From Anaeramoeba ignava BMAN (Eukaryota; Protista; Anaeramoebae), in NCBI GenBank assembly GCA_028826165.1, contig JAPDFW010000011.1, forward strand, positions 620,001-684,000: a DNA stretch of 64,000 nt, written 5' to 3'. A program made the translations under genes and the position numbers. A model generated the notes under the pieces. The model was not told where the DNA came from and did not search any database. It saw nothing but the letters and a program-made list of their open reading frames with translations. Shown one piece after another: positions 14,063 through 26,579 of this stretch; the stretch's first letter is position 1, and each line of letters begins with the position of its first letter.

Positions 14063-17000
14063 ATGGAAAAAGAAATTCATGTAAAATTGGAATCACCAAT
14101 TATTTTTGATCCAAATGAATATCAATGGTTTAAATTTGATGAAATTCTTCATCAAATAATTTTATTTAAAAATAAAATACTTAAATGTATTGGATATTTA
14201 TTTGAAAAAAATGAAGCAATAAAGTAATTAAAATTAAAATTAAAAATTTAATCAAAATAAAATTTTTAATCTTTTTTTTTTCTCTTTAATTTTAATAGAA
14301 TTCCTCAAATAAAAATTAATGATTATATTCAAGAAATCTCAATATCACCAAATCGTAGATATATTGCTATTGTTAGAAATAATAATACAGAATTTGAATT
14401 ATTTTTAAGAACAGATAATTTAGAAGAAAAAGAAGCAAAAAAAACTTTAACTTATAAATCTAAATTTGAAAATAAAGAAAATTTTACAATTTTATCAATT
14501 AAATGGCTTGATAATTTACAATTACTTTTAATTACAAATTATACACTTGAACATTTATTTGTATTTTAAATATAATTTTTAATATAATTTTAAATATAAT
14601 TTTTAAATGAATTTTAATTTTAGATTGAAGATGAGAAAAATAATATAAGAAGAATCAATATTTTTAAACATTCACAAATTCATGGAGCTTCATATTCTGT
14701 ATTTTATTTAAAAGGAATAAAAAAAATTTTCAATTAAAAAAAAAATTTTTGAATTAAAAAAAATTAGTTTGAAAATAAATTAATACTATTATCAACAGAA
14801 TCAAATGGAAAACAAATAAAAGGATATCAATTCCGTCCAACACAAGTTGTTAAATTACCAAAATTTGAATTAAAATATCCAATATTTCAAGAATCCAAAA
14901 AAATCAAAAATGAAAGAATCCACAGAGAAATAAAGAAAAGAATTAGGAAAAGATTGGGGAAAGTTATCAAAAGTATTTTAATAATTCGACTTTATAATAA
15001 TTTATATTGTGCACAATTAGTTCAAAGTGGATTCAAAAATAACTTATTATTGTTATATAAAATTACAAATGAAACTATAAAAGCTTTTATTGAAATTCCT
15101 GCTTTACAACCTAATTTTGCAATTAGTGTTGTTGATAATTTATTGTTACTTCATGATTTGGAATTACAAAGAACTATTTTTTATGATATTCCAGATAATT
15201 CTCAAAATAAGGAATTGATTAAATTACCTTTATCTATTAAACCTATTACTATAAATTTAGAAAAAGCTTTTTTTTTAGATAAAAATCATAAATTAAATGA
15301 TAACTCATTTGAAAATTTAACTGAAATAGAAAATCAATATAAAAATGAAAATGAAAATGAAAATGAAAATGAAAATCAATATAAAAATGAAAATGAAAAT
15401 GAAAATGAAAATGAAAATGAAAATCAATATAAAAATGAAAACGAAAATGAAAATCAAAATCAAATTCAAAATCAAATTCAAAATGAAAACGAAAATCAAA
15501 TTCAAAATCAAAATCAAAATCAAATTCAAATTCAAAATCAAAATCAAAATCAAAATCAAAATCAAAATCAAAATCAAATTCAAAATCAAAATCAAAATGA
15601 AAATCAAAATGAAAATCAAAATCAAAATCAAAATCAAAATCAAAATCAAAATCAATATCAAAATCAAAATCAAAATCAAATTCAAAATCAAAATGAAAAT
15701 GAAAATCAAATTCAAAATCAAATTCAAAATCAAAATGAAAATCAAATTCAAAATCAAAATCAAAATCAAATTCAAAATCAAAATCAAAATCAAAATCAAA
15801 ATCAAAATCAAAATCAAAATCAAAATCAAAATCAAAATCAAAATCAAAATCAAAATCAAAATCAAAATCAAAATCAAAATCAAAATCAAATTCAAAATCA
15901 AATTCAAATTCAAAATCAAAATCAAATTCAAAATCAAATTCAAAATCAAAATCAAAATGAAAATCAAATTCGAAAATCAAATTCAAAATCAAATTCAAAA
16001 AAATCAAATTCAAAATGAAAATGAAATAGAAATTCAAAAAAATCAAATTCAAATTCAAAATCAAATTCAAATTCAAATTCAAATTCAAATTCAAAATGAA
16101 AATGAAATAGAAATTGAAAATGAAGATATTCAAGAACTGAAAAAAAAAATATTTTTATTACATAAAAAAACATGGGCACATTTTTTACCAAATTACATTT
16201 TAGATCCATTTACAGGATTTATTTCCTTTTATGATATTGATTTAAATACAGTAGCATCAAGTATTAACGATAAATTCCATCGAATAAAATTTCTTTTTCA
16301 AAGAGCAGACTCAAAATTTATTTTGTTAAAATTTCTCAAACTAACAATTGAAGAACATGAAAAACTTGAAATAATTTCATATTGTTTTGATATTATTAAT
16401 CATATAAGAAATTTAGCAGCAAAAGTTAAAGCAAGAGATCAAAACCCAGCAAAACCGAAAAAAAAGAAACAAATCAAAAAAAGACAAAAAATCAAACTAA
16501 ATCCATTTATTCTTGATTCAAAACCAAAATTCCAAAGAACTAATAGCACTCTTCAATTGAATCAGTTTATTTTTGAAGAAAGTGATAATGCAGATCAAGT
16601 CTATTCTGATTTGGAGTTGATTAGTCCATCTCCAAGAAGGAAGCATTATGGAGACATTGAAACAGAATTTATTATTCTTAATTCAGAAGAAAAATCGGAA
16701 AAAACGGAAGAAGAAAAAAAAGAGACAAAAAATCAAGAATTGGAAAGAATAAGCATTTCAAATGAAAAAATGAGGAGAAAAATACTTGAATTTCAAGAAG
16801 GAATTAATCAAGGATATATTGTTCTTCATCAAATGGATTTATATAAACATGTTTTTCTGAAAATTCAACAAGATCAAGTAGTTGAAGATAATTACTTGAT
16901 ATCTGTTCTTACAGAATATATTAGAAGTTTAAATTTTTATCACATTCCAGTTCAATATTTTTTATTTAGTATGATGATTGAATTGTTGATGAAAAATAAT

Positions 17001-17399
17001 CAGTTTTCCCAATTGTATCAATTTTCCCAATTTCATATCATCGACGATTCAAATGAAATTGCTTATCAACTTGCTGCTTTGGATACAAAATTTCCTCCTG
17101 CTTTGTTTCTTGCACTTGATATGCTGAAAAGAAAAAGGAATTTTGACGTGATTATCCAAATATTGATTTCAAAAAATATGGTTATTCAAGCAATTCGATT
17201 TATTCAACAAAATCCTGATATTGTTTTGAATGATTCAATGATTCGTTCAATTTTAGAAACTACTTTAGCTTTGAATGATTCTATTAAAATGTTTTCTATT
17301 TTCCAATATTTTAAAAATATTATTTTAAAAAATGAGAAATTTAAAAAATATTTGAATCATTTTGAAAAAGTATTTGGAATTTCTTTAAAAAATATATAA
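14063..17399 (+). CDS. RMC1: Regulator of MON1-CCZ1 (RMC1/C18orf8/Mic1) homolog; multi-exon, with long N/Q insertion
   Basis: C-terminal Mic1 domain YLISVLTEYIRSLNFYHIPVQ...LYQFSQFHIIDDS...FPPALFLALDMLKR; KLPKFEL and LYNNLY...NFAISVVDNLLLLH upstream. Short GT-AG introns begin at about 14224, 14561 and 14699. Frameshift near 15971. Confidence 0.85.
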
Positions 17400-17549
17400 A
17401 AGATTTAAATCAAAAATCAAAAGAATAAAACAAAAAAAAAAGCAAAAAAAAAAATATTTATTTTAAAAAAAAAAAAGTATTTTTGAAATTTTGAACTTCC
17501 ATTTTTCTTGTTTTAAAAAAGATAAAATTAAACACACAAAAAATTTACA

Positions 17550-19170
17550 AATCAATTTCAAATCAATTTTAAAATATAAATTTAAAATATAAATTGAAAA
17601 AGGAATTTAAAATATAAATTGAAAAAGGAATTTAAATCAAATCAAATTAAATCAATTTTAAAATATAAATTGAAAGAGGAATTTAAATCAAATCAAATCA
17701 AATCAAATCAAATTTAAATCAAATTTCAAATCAATTTAAAATATAAATTGAAAGAGGAATTTAAATCAAATTAAATCAAATCAAATTTCAAATCAAATCA
17801 ATTTCAAATTTCAAATCAAATCAAATTTAAATCAAATCAATTTAAAATATAAATTGAAAGAGGAATTTAAATCAAATCAAATCAAATCAAATTTAAATCA
17901 AATTAAATCAATTTCAAATCAATTTAAAATATAAATTGAAAGAGGAATTTAAATCAATTTCAAATCAAATTAAATTTAAATCAAATCAAATCAAATCAAA
18001 TCAAATTAAATCAATTTAAAATATAAATTGAAAGAGGAATTTAAATCAAATCAAATCAAATCAAATCAAATCAAATTAAATAAAATCAATTTCAAATCAA
18101 TTTAAAATATAAATTGAAAGAGGAATTTAAATCAAATCAATTTCAAATCAAATCAAATTAAATCAAATCAAATCAAATCAAATCAAATCAAATCAAATCA
18201 AATCAAATTAAATCAATTTAAAATATAAATTGAAAGAGGAATTTAAATCAATTTCAAATCAAATTAAATTTAAATCAAATCAAATCAAATCAAATCAAAT
18301 TAAATCAATTTAAAATATAAATTGAAAGAGGAATTTAAATCAATTCAAAATCAAATCAAATTTAAATCAAATCAAATCAAATCAAATCAAATTAAATCAA
18401 TTTAAAATATAAATTGAAAGAGGAATTTAAATCAAATTCAAATCAAATCAAATCAAATCAAATCAAATCAAATCAATTTCAAATCAAATTCAAATCAATT
18501 TTAAATCAATTTCAAATCAAATTCAAATCAAATCAAATCAAATCAAATCAAATCAAATTCAAATCAATTCAAAATCAAATCAAATCAAATTAAAATTAAA
18601 ATCAAATCAAATTCAAATTCAAATATAAATTGAAAGAGGAATTTAAATCAATTCAAAATCAAATCAAATCAAATCAAATTTAAATCAAATTAAATCAATT
18701 TCAAATCAATTTAAAATATAAATTGAAAGAGGAATTTAAATCAATTTCAAATCAAATTAAATTTAAATCAATTTCAAATCATTTTCAAATCAATTTTAAA
18801 TCAAATCAATTTCAAATCAAATCAAATCAAATCAAATCAAATTCAAATTCAAATTCAAATCAAATTTAAATCAAATTAAATCAAATCAAATCAAATTAAA
18901 ATATAAATTAAATCAAAATTTAAATCAAATCAAATCAAATTTAAATCAAATCAAATTAAATCAAATTTAAATCAAATTCAAATCAATTCAAAATCAATTC
19001 AAATCAAATCAATTTTAAATCAATTTCAAATCAATTTAAAATATAAATTGAAAAAGGAATTTAAATCAAATTCAAATCAAATCAAATCAAATTCAAATCA
19101 AATCAATTTCAAATCAAATTAAATCAAATCAAATCAAATTAAAATCAAATCAAATCAAATTTAAATCAAT
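17550..19170. repeat. Compound repeat: ~14 copies of aaatataaattgaaa(g/a)aggaattt separated by variable (aaatc)n
   Basis: Conserved core at about 17591, 17616, 17667, 17745, 17851, 17933, 18025, 18111, 18227, 18318, 18411, 18627, 18720 and 19045. Confidence 0.85.
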
Positions 19171-19245
19171 TTGGAAAGAAACAGTTTCTTCATTCATTCA
19201 TTTTTTTTAGAAAAAAAAAAGAAAAAGAAAAAGAAAAAAAAAAGA

Positions 19246-19590
19246 TCAAATTAAAGTTTTAATCGCAATTAAAAAATTCCGAATAACTTGATTTTCATCT
19301 ACTTTTTGTTGGTGAAATTTTTCAGCAATTAAAATAGCAAGTTCTTTATAAGAAGTAAACTTATTATTAGAGATATTATAATACTTTTTCAAATTTTTTA
19401 AAGAATGAGAATCAAGTTTTGAAAAATCAATTTTTGTTTTATTAATTTTTGTGTATCTTCCTCTACTATCTCTTGGGTTTGTTCCGCGTTTATTTTTACG
19501 TCTGATTTAAATCAAATTGTTTTATAAAATTATTATTTACTTTAAACTTAAAATTTATTTCAATTTTTTTATATTATTAACTTACCCCAT
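19246..19590 (-). CDS. Small SAP30-like protein (Sin3-binding domain), 86 aa; exons 19590-19586 and 19501-19246
   Basis: ATG GG|GTAAG...CAG|A gives MGRKNKRGTNPRDSRGRYTKINKTKIDFSKLDSHSLKNLKKYYNI...YKELAILIAEKFHQQKVDENQVIRNFLIAIKTLI*. This matches the recalled SAP30 Sin3-binding pattern vDl.kL...tLrry..hf.l...eqL...v..HF....vdE.qvi..F....k. Confidence 0.72.
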
Positions 19591-20144
19591 TATTTATATA
19601 AATTAATTTAAAAAAAAAGAAAAAATGATTTTAAAAAAATTTATTTTAAAATTATTTTTGTTTTTTTTAGAATTAGAATTAATAAAAAATATTCACAAGA
19701 AGAGAATTTAAACTATTTATTAATGATAAAAATTCAAGATTATTCATTTTTTTATAATTATTATTAATTTTTTTTATTTTTTACTAATTTTTTATTTTTT
19801 TCAATTTTAAATTTAATTTTAATAAGAAATTAATTAAAAATTTAAAAAGGGAATTAAAATTGAAAATAAAACAAAATAAAAATCTTTAAATTATTAATAA
19901 TTTTAAAAGGAAAAAATTTAATCAAAAATTTTTTTTTTAAATTTTTTTTTTTCATTTTTTTTTTTTCTTTCTTCTTTTAAAAAAAAAAATAAAAAGAATA
20001 ATAATAAAAACAAAATAAAAACAACACAAAATCAAAGAAAATCAATTTAAAAATTTTCAAAAAGCAAAAAATTTCAAAAGTAAAAAAACGATCCAAACAA
20101 AAATAACCCCAAAACAATTTACAAAAAAAAAACAAACAATAATT

Positions 20145-22998
20145 ATGTCAACACAACAAAGAAAACAAAAAATTGGTTTGTCTTATTTAATTTTAAAATT
20201 AAAATCTAATTTAGAATTGAATTTAGAATTGAATTTATTATTGAATTTATAATTTATAATTGAATTTATAATTGAATTTAGAATTGAATTTATATTTAAA
20301 ATTATAATTGAATTTAGAATTGAATTTATAATTTAGAATTGAATTTATAATTGAATTTATAATTGAATTTATAATTGAATTTATAATTGAATCTATAATT
20401 GAATTTATATTTATATTTAAAATTATAATTTAATTTATAATTTAGAATTGAATTTATAATTGAATTTATAATTGAATTTGTATTTAAAATTGAATTTATA
20501 ATTTATAATTGAATTTGTATTTAAAATTGAATTTATAATTTATAATTGAATTTAAAATTGAATTTATATTTATAATTGAATTTATAATTGAATTTATAAA
20601 TTTAGAATTTGAATTTATAATTGAATTTATAATTGAATTTATAATTTGAATTTATAATTGAATTTATAATTGAATTTATAATTGAATTTATAATTGAATT
20701 TATAATTGAATTTATAATTGAATTTATAATTGAATTTATAATTGAAATTATAATTGAATTTATAATTGAATTTATAATTGAATTTATAATTGAATTTATA
20801 ATTGAATTTATAATTGAATTTATATTTATATTTATATTTATATTTATATTTATATTTATATTTATATTTATATTTATATTTATATTTATATTTAAAATTG
20901 TTTAGGAGATTATATTATTGGTAAAACAATAGGAAAAGGAGGAACAGGAAAAGTAAAATTAGGAACTCATGAAAAAAACGGAAATAAAGTTGCAATTAAA
21001 ATTATATCAAAAAAAAATTTGAATAAACAAAAAAAACAACTTTCAAAAATTGAAAGAGAAATTGCAATACTTAAATTAATGCATCACCCACATGTTCTTG
21101 GATTATATGATGTTTATGAAACAAAAACACATTTATTTTTAATAATGGAATACATAGAAGGTGGAGAATTATTCGATTATTTGATTGAGAAACAAAAACT
21201 TTCTGAAATGGAAGCTCTTAGATTCTTCCAACAAATTATTTTCGGTCTTGAATATTGTCATAATCGTTCTATTTGTCATCGGGATTTAAAGCCTGAAAAT
21301 CTTCTTCTTGATAATAAACATTCTATCAAAATTGCTGATTTCGGAATGGCAAAACTTATAAAAGAAAATGGTTTACTTTCAACATCCTGTGGCTCTCCTC
21401 ATTATGCATCACCTGAAGTTATTTCTGTAAGTTTTAATATTTTTCTTTTTGATAAATTTTTTGATTAAAAAAAAATCAATATTGGAAAAGCAAAAAAAAT
21501 TTTTTTTCACCTTTTTTTGACAGTTTTTTTTTGACAGTTTTTTTATTTAAAATTTTTTATTTAAAATTTTTTTTATTCAAATTAAAATCTTTTAGGGAAA
21601 CTCTTATAATGGAACTCGTGCAGATATTTGGGGATGTGGAGTTGTTTTATATGCATTACTTACAGGATCTCTTCCTTTCGATCACAAAAATATTCGGAAA
21701 TTATTGATAAAAGTTCAAAAAGGAGAATTCATGATTCCTGATTTTGTTTCAAAAGAAGGAAAGGATTTAATAAGCAAAATGCTTGTTGTTGATCCAAATC
21801 AACGTATTTATATTCCGGAAATTAAAGAACATGAATTTTTTCGCAAAAATTTAAATCCACTTTATATTCTTCCTTCTTCTGATATAAAACATACTAAACA
21901 AAATACTAAACCTATTAAACTTGATTCTATTGATCCTGAAATTTTGGCTGTTTTGAGAACTATGGGTTATGATGATTCAAAACTTCTTGAAGAAAATCTT
22001 ACAAATGAAAAAGCAAATGTTGAGAAAGTTCTTTATTATCTTTATTTGAAAAAGAAAAATCAACAATCTTCTAAAAATTCAATTGAATATTTTGGATTTA
22101 TGCCTCAGAATAATTTTGATAATAATGAAAGAATTAGCAATAATTTAAATTTTGATTATTTTGATGGTAAGGATTTTTAATTTTAATTATAATTTTAATT
22201 TTAATTTTATATTGAATTTTAATTTTGAATTTTAATTTTATATTGAATTTTAATTTAAAATGAATTTTAATTTTAAATTAATTTTAATTTTATATTGAAT
22301 TTTTAAATTTAAATTTAAATTAATTTTAATTTTAATTTTTAAATTTAAATTTAAAATAAATTTATTTTGATTCTTTAGAAGTTTTAACATTTGAAGATCA
22401 ACCATCAAAAAAAGATAAATCAAATCATGAATTACAAAATGCAATTACACCAACATTTCACAGTTGGATTGAACCACCTAACAATTTACAACCAAACTCT
22501 GAAAAATCACAATCAGTAGAAATTACACAATCAAAAACAACAAATTCATATGATGATTTACATGAAGATAATGAATACAATTCTGACGTATTAGGGACAC
22601 CTCGTTTTCACCGTCAAAAACCACACTCACTTTCTGACATTTCGCCAGACTCAATTTTTGAATCACCTCATAAATGGCGAACAAGTTTATCGCCTCCAAT
22701 TATAGAAAACAATCTCCAGAAATTTAAATTTAAAACAAAAAAAAAATTCTTTGATTTAGTTACTGATTTGCAACAAAATCTTCCTAAATTGGATTTGAAT
22801 TGGAAATATCCTGATGAATTTACTTTAATTGTTAAAAAGAATGACTTGAAATTCGTTATTTCTATTATTGAACCAAATTTTAAGAATTTTGAAACTGATG
22901 ATCTTGAAATTGAAAAAAAAGTTCTCATTTCTTTAAAAAGAGGAAAATGCCAAAATTTTAATCAATTTTGCAATTCAATCAAAGATTTTATTTTGTGA
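20145..22998 (+). CDS. AMPK-related (CAMKL) Ser/Thr kinase, BRSK/SAD/Gin4-like; multi-exon
   Basis: [56 protein letters not shown], followed by a UBA-like segment. Introns at 20176-20905, about 21427-21595 and about 22167-22378. Confidence 0.9.
20200..20895. repeat. Intronic 12-bp array (tgaatttataat)n plus (tatatt)n
   Basis: Fills kinase intron 1. Confidence 0.85.
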
Positions 22999-23265
22999 TT
23001 TTGATGTTTGTAAATTTATTCCAAAATTACAAATTGAAAAATTTCTCAAAAAAAAAATCAAAAAAAAAACCAATTTTCCTTTTTTCCTTTTTCCTTTTCT
23101 TTTAATTTCTTTTCTAAAAAAAAAAGTTATTGATTTTATTTGATTTTCTTCTTTTTTTTTTCTTTCAATTTTTTTTTTAAAATGAATTTGTTTGAAATTA
23201 AAAAACAAAAACAAAATTTTTTTTTCATTTTTCATTTTTCATTTTTTTCATTTTTTTCTTTTAAA

Positions 23266-26200
23266 ATGAATTTTAAAAAAATTTATAAAATAATTGAAGA
23301 AAATGATATTGAACAATTAAAAGAAATTAAAACAATTCCAGAACAAAAAAGTCAAGAAAACCGTTTACCAATTTTACGTTTTGCAATTTCAAAACAAGCT
23401 TCAAAAGAAATGATTGAACTTTTAATTTCAAAAGGAATTGATGTTAATGCAAAAACAAGTTATGATAATGGAACTACTTTACATTTTGCTTGCAAAAATA
23501 AAAATCCATCACTTGAAATTATCAAATTACTTATTGAAAAAGGAATTGATATTAATTCAAAAACTAATTGGGATAATCAAACTGCTTTACATTATGCTTG
23601 CAAAAATGAAAATATTTCACTTGAAATTATCAAGTTACTTATTGAAAAAGGAATTGATATTAATGCAAAAACAAATCGAAATGAAACTGCTTTACATATT
23701 GCTTGTGAAAATCCAAATATTTCACTTGAAATTATCAAGTTACTTATTGAAAAAGGAATTGATATTAATTCAAAAACAATTAAAAATGAAACTGCTTTAC
23801 ATTATGCTTGTAAAAATAAGAATATTTCAATTGAAATTATCAAATTACTTATTGAAAAAGGAATTGATATTAATTCAAAAACAAATAATAATGAAACTGC
23901 TTTACATTATGCTTGCCAAAATAAGAATATTTTAATTGAAATTATCAAGTTACTTATTGAAAAAGGAATTGATAGTAATTCAAAAACAAATAATAATGAA
24001 AATGCTTTGTATATTGCTTGTCGAAATGAAAACCCATCAATTGAAATTATCAAATTTCTTATTGAAAAAGGAATTGATATTAATTCAAAAACAAATTATG
24101 ATGAAACTGCTTTACATATTGCTTGTAAAAATAAGAATATTTCATTTGAAATTATCAAATTACTTATTGAAAAAGGAATTGATATCAATTCAAAAATAAA
24201 AAATCGAAACGAAACCGCTTTACATTATGCTTGCCAAAATCCAAATATTTCATTTGATATTATAAAGTTACTTATTGAAAATGGAATTGATATCAATTTA
24301 GAAACAGATTACAATGAAACTGCTTTACATATTGCTTGCAAAAATCTACATATTTCATTTGAAATTATAAAGTTACTTATTGAAAGTGGAATAGATAATA
24401 TTGGAAAAGCAAATAGATGGAATGAAAATTCTTTACATTTTGCTTGTCAAAATCCAAACATTTCACTTGAAATTATCAAATTACTTATTGAAAATGGAAT
24501 TAATATTAATTCAAAAACAAATAAAAATGAAAATGCTTTACACTGGTTTTGTCAAAATCGAAATGTTTCACTTGAAATTATTAAATATCTCGTTGAAAAA
24601 GGAATTGATATTAATGCAAAAACAAAAGGTGAACAAAATGCTTTACATATTATTTGCGAAAACTCAAATTTTTCAATTGAAATTATCAAATATCTTATTG
24701 AAAAAGGAATTGATATTAATTCAAAAACAAATTCTGACGAAACTGCTTTACATTTTGCTTGTCAAAATCCAAATGTTTCACTTGAAATTATTAAATATCT
24801 CGTTGAAAAAGGAATTGATATTAATGCAAAAATAAGATATTTAAATCAAACTGCTTTGTATATTGCTTGTGAAAAAAAATCAAAAAAAATTATTGAATTT
24901 TTACTTTCAAAAGGTGCAAAAAATATAAAAGATGAAAACAGTTGGAGAAACTTTACATTTAGTTTCTGGAGATAATTCATTAGAATGGATTAAATTTCTA
25001 ATTTCAAAAGGATTGAATATTAATTCAAAAAATAGATTTGAAAAAACACCTCTTTATATTGCTTGTGAAAACAAATCTTCAATCGAAGTTATCAAATTTC
25101 TTGTTGAAAGTGGGAATGATATTAATTCAAAAACAGATCAAAATCATACACCTTTACATATTTCTTGTAGAAATCGATCATTTGAAATTGTTAAATATCT
25201 TATTGAAAATGGAGCTGATGTTAATATAAAAGATAAATATGAACAAACTCCTTTAGCAATGGCACTTCAAGATTTTTCATCATTTGAGACTATAAAATTA
25301 TTGAAACAAATTAAAATTAAATCTAATACTAATGAAAATGAAAATGAAAATGAAAATATAAATGAAAATACAAATGAGAATAAGAGATTTCCTTTTTATT
25401 TTTCAATTACAAACAGAAAATTAAAAATAATCAAATTATTATTAATGAATAATGCAAATATTTATGATTTACCAATTTATCAAATCAGGAAAGAATTTAT
25501 CAAATCATTTTCTAAAATTCATTCAATTAATCAAGATTTAAACAATTTATTAAAATCAAATGAAGATAATTTATTTGATTTAGAAATTGAATCAATCGAT
25601 AATTTCAAATTTAAAGTTCATAAATTAATTTTATTAACAAGATTTAACAATAATCAATCAATTTTACAAAAATTTATCAATATTTGTAAATCAAAATCAA
25701 AAGAAGAAGTTCAAATTGTTTTAAATTTCATTTATTCAGGATTTTTTGATTATGATAAAATTATTGAAAATTTAAATGAAATATCAAATTCAAAACAAGG
25801 ATTATTTCAAGAAAAAAGAAAAATAAAGAAAAAAAAAAAAAAGAAAATAAATATCAAAAAGAAGAAAAAAAAAAAGAAAAACAAATTGAAGAATTATTCA
25901 AAGAAATTGGATTTGATTCGAATTGGATTAAAACTAAAAAAGGAAGAAAAGGAATATTAAAAGATTTTCAAAAATTATATGAAGAAAATGAAATTAAAAA
26001 AGATTTTACAATAATTGTTGAAGAAAAAGAAATTAAAGTTCATAAATTAATATTATTTTTAAGAAGTGAATTATTTAAAGGAATGTTTCTAAGTGTTAAT
26101 GATTTATCTAATCAAGTTCATGATTATTCAGAAAAATCATTTGAAACAATTCAACAATTAATTTATTTTCTTTATTATGATGAATTTGAAGAAAACAAAA

Positions 26201-26331
26201 TTAATGAAAAAATTATTGAAGAATTAGAAGATATTAAAGATTTTTATCAATTAAATCAAAATTCAATAATTGATTTACATTTATTTGATTTAATCTTAAA
26301 AATTAACGAAGAAAATCAAAATCAAAATTAA
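23266..26331 (+). CDS. Ankyrin-repeat + tandem BTB protein, copy 1 (about 20 ANK); frameshifts near 24937 and 25810-25875
   Basis: NETALHxACxNxNISLEIIKLLIEKGIDINSKT repeats; BTB-like DLEIES...FKVHKLILLTR and DFTII...IKVHKLILFLRSELFKGMF. The ORF track splits it into three pieces. Confidence 0.85.
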
Positions 26332-26579
26332 AATTAAAATTAAAATTAAAATCAAAATTAAAATTAAAATTAAAATTAAAATTAAAATTAAAATTAAAAT
26401 TAAAATTAAAATTAAAATTAAAATTAAAATTAAAATTAAAATTAAAATTAAAATTAAAATCAAAATTAAAATTAAAATTAAAATTAAAATTAAAATTAAA
26501 ATTAAAATTAAAATTAAAATTAAAATTAAAATTAAAATTTATTTTTCATTTTTCATTTTTTTCATTTTTTTCATTTAAA

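Noticed and set aside
15249-16209. Poly-FD, poly-IL and poly-KI ORFs, including the N-terminal part of ORF 15345..17399
   Set aside because: Alternative readings of a hexamer microsatellite.
17550-19170. CRISPR array (the core contains ATTGAAAG, like some CRISPR repeat ends)
   Set aside because: The spacers are low-complexity (aaatc)n of irregular length rather than unique sequences. There are no cas genes and the context is eukaryotic.
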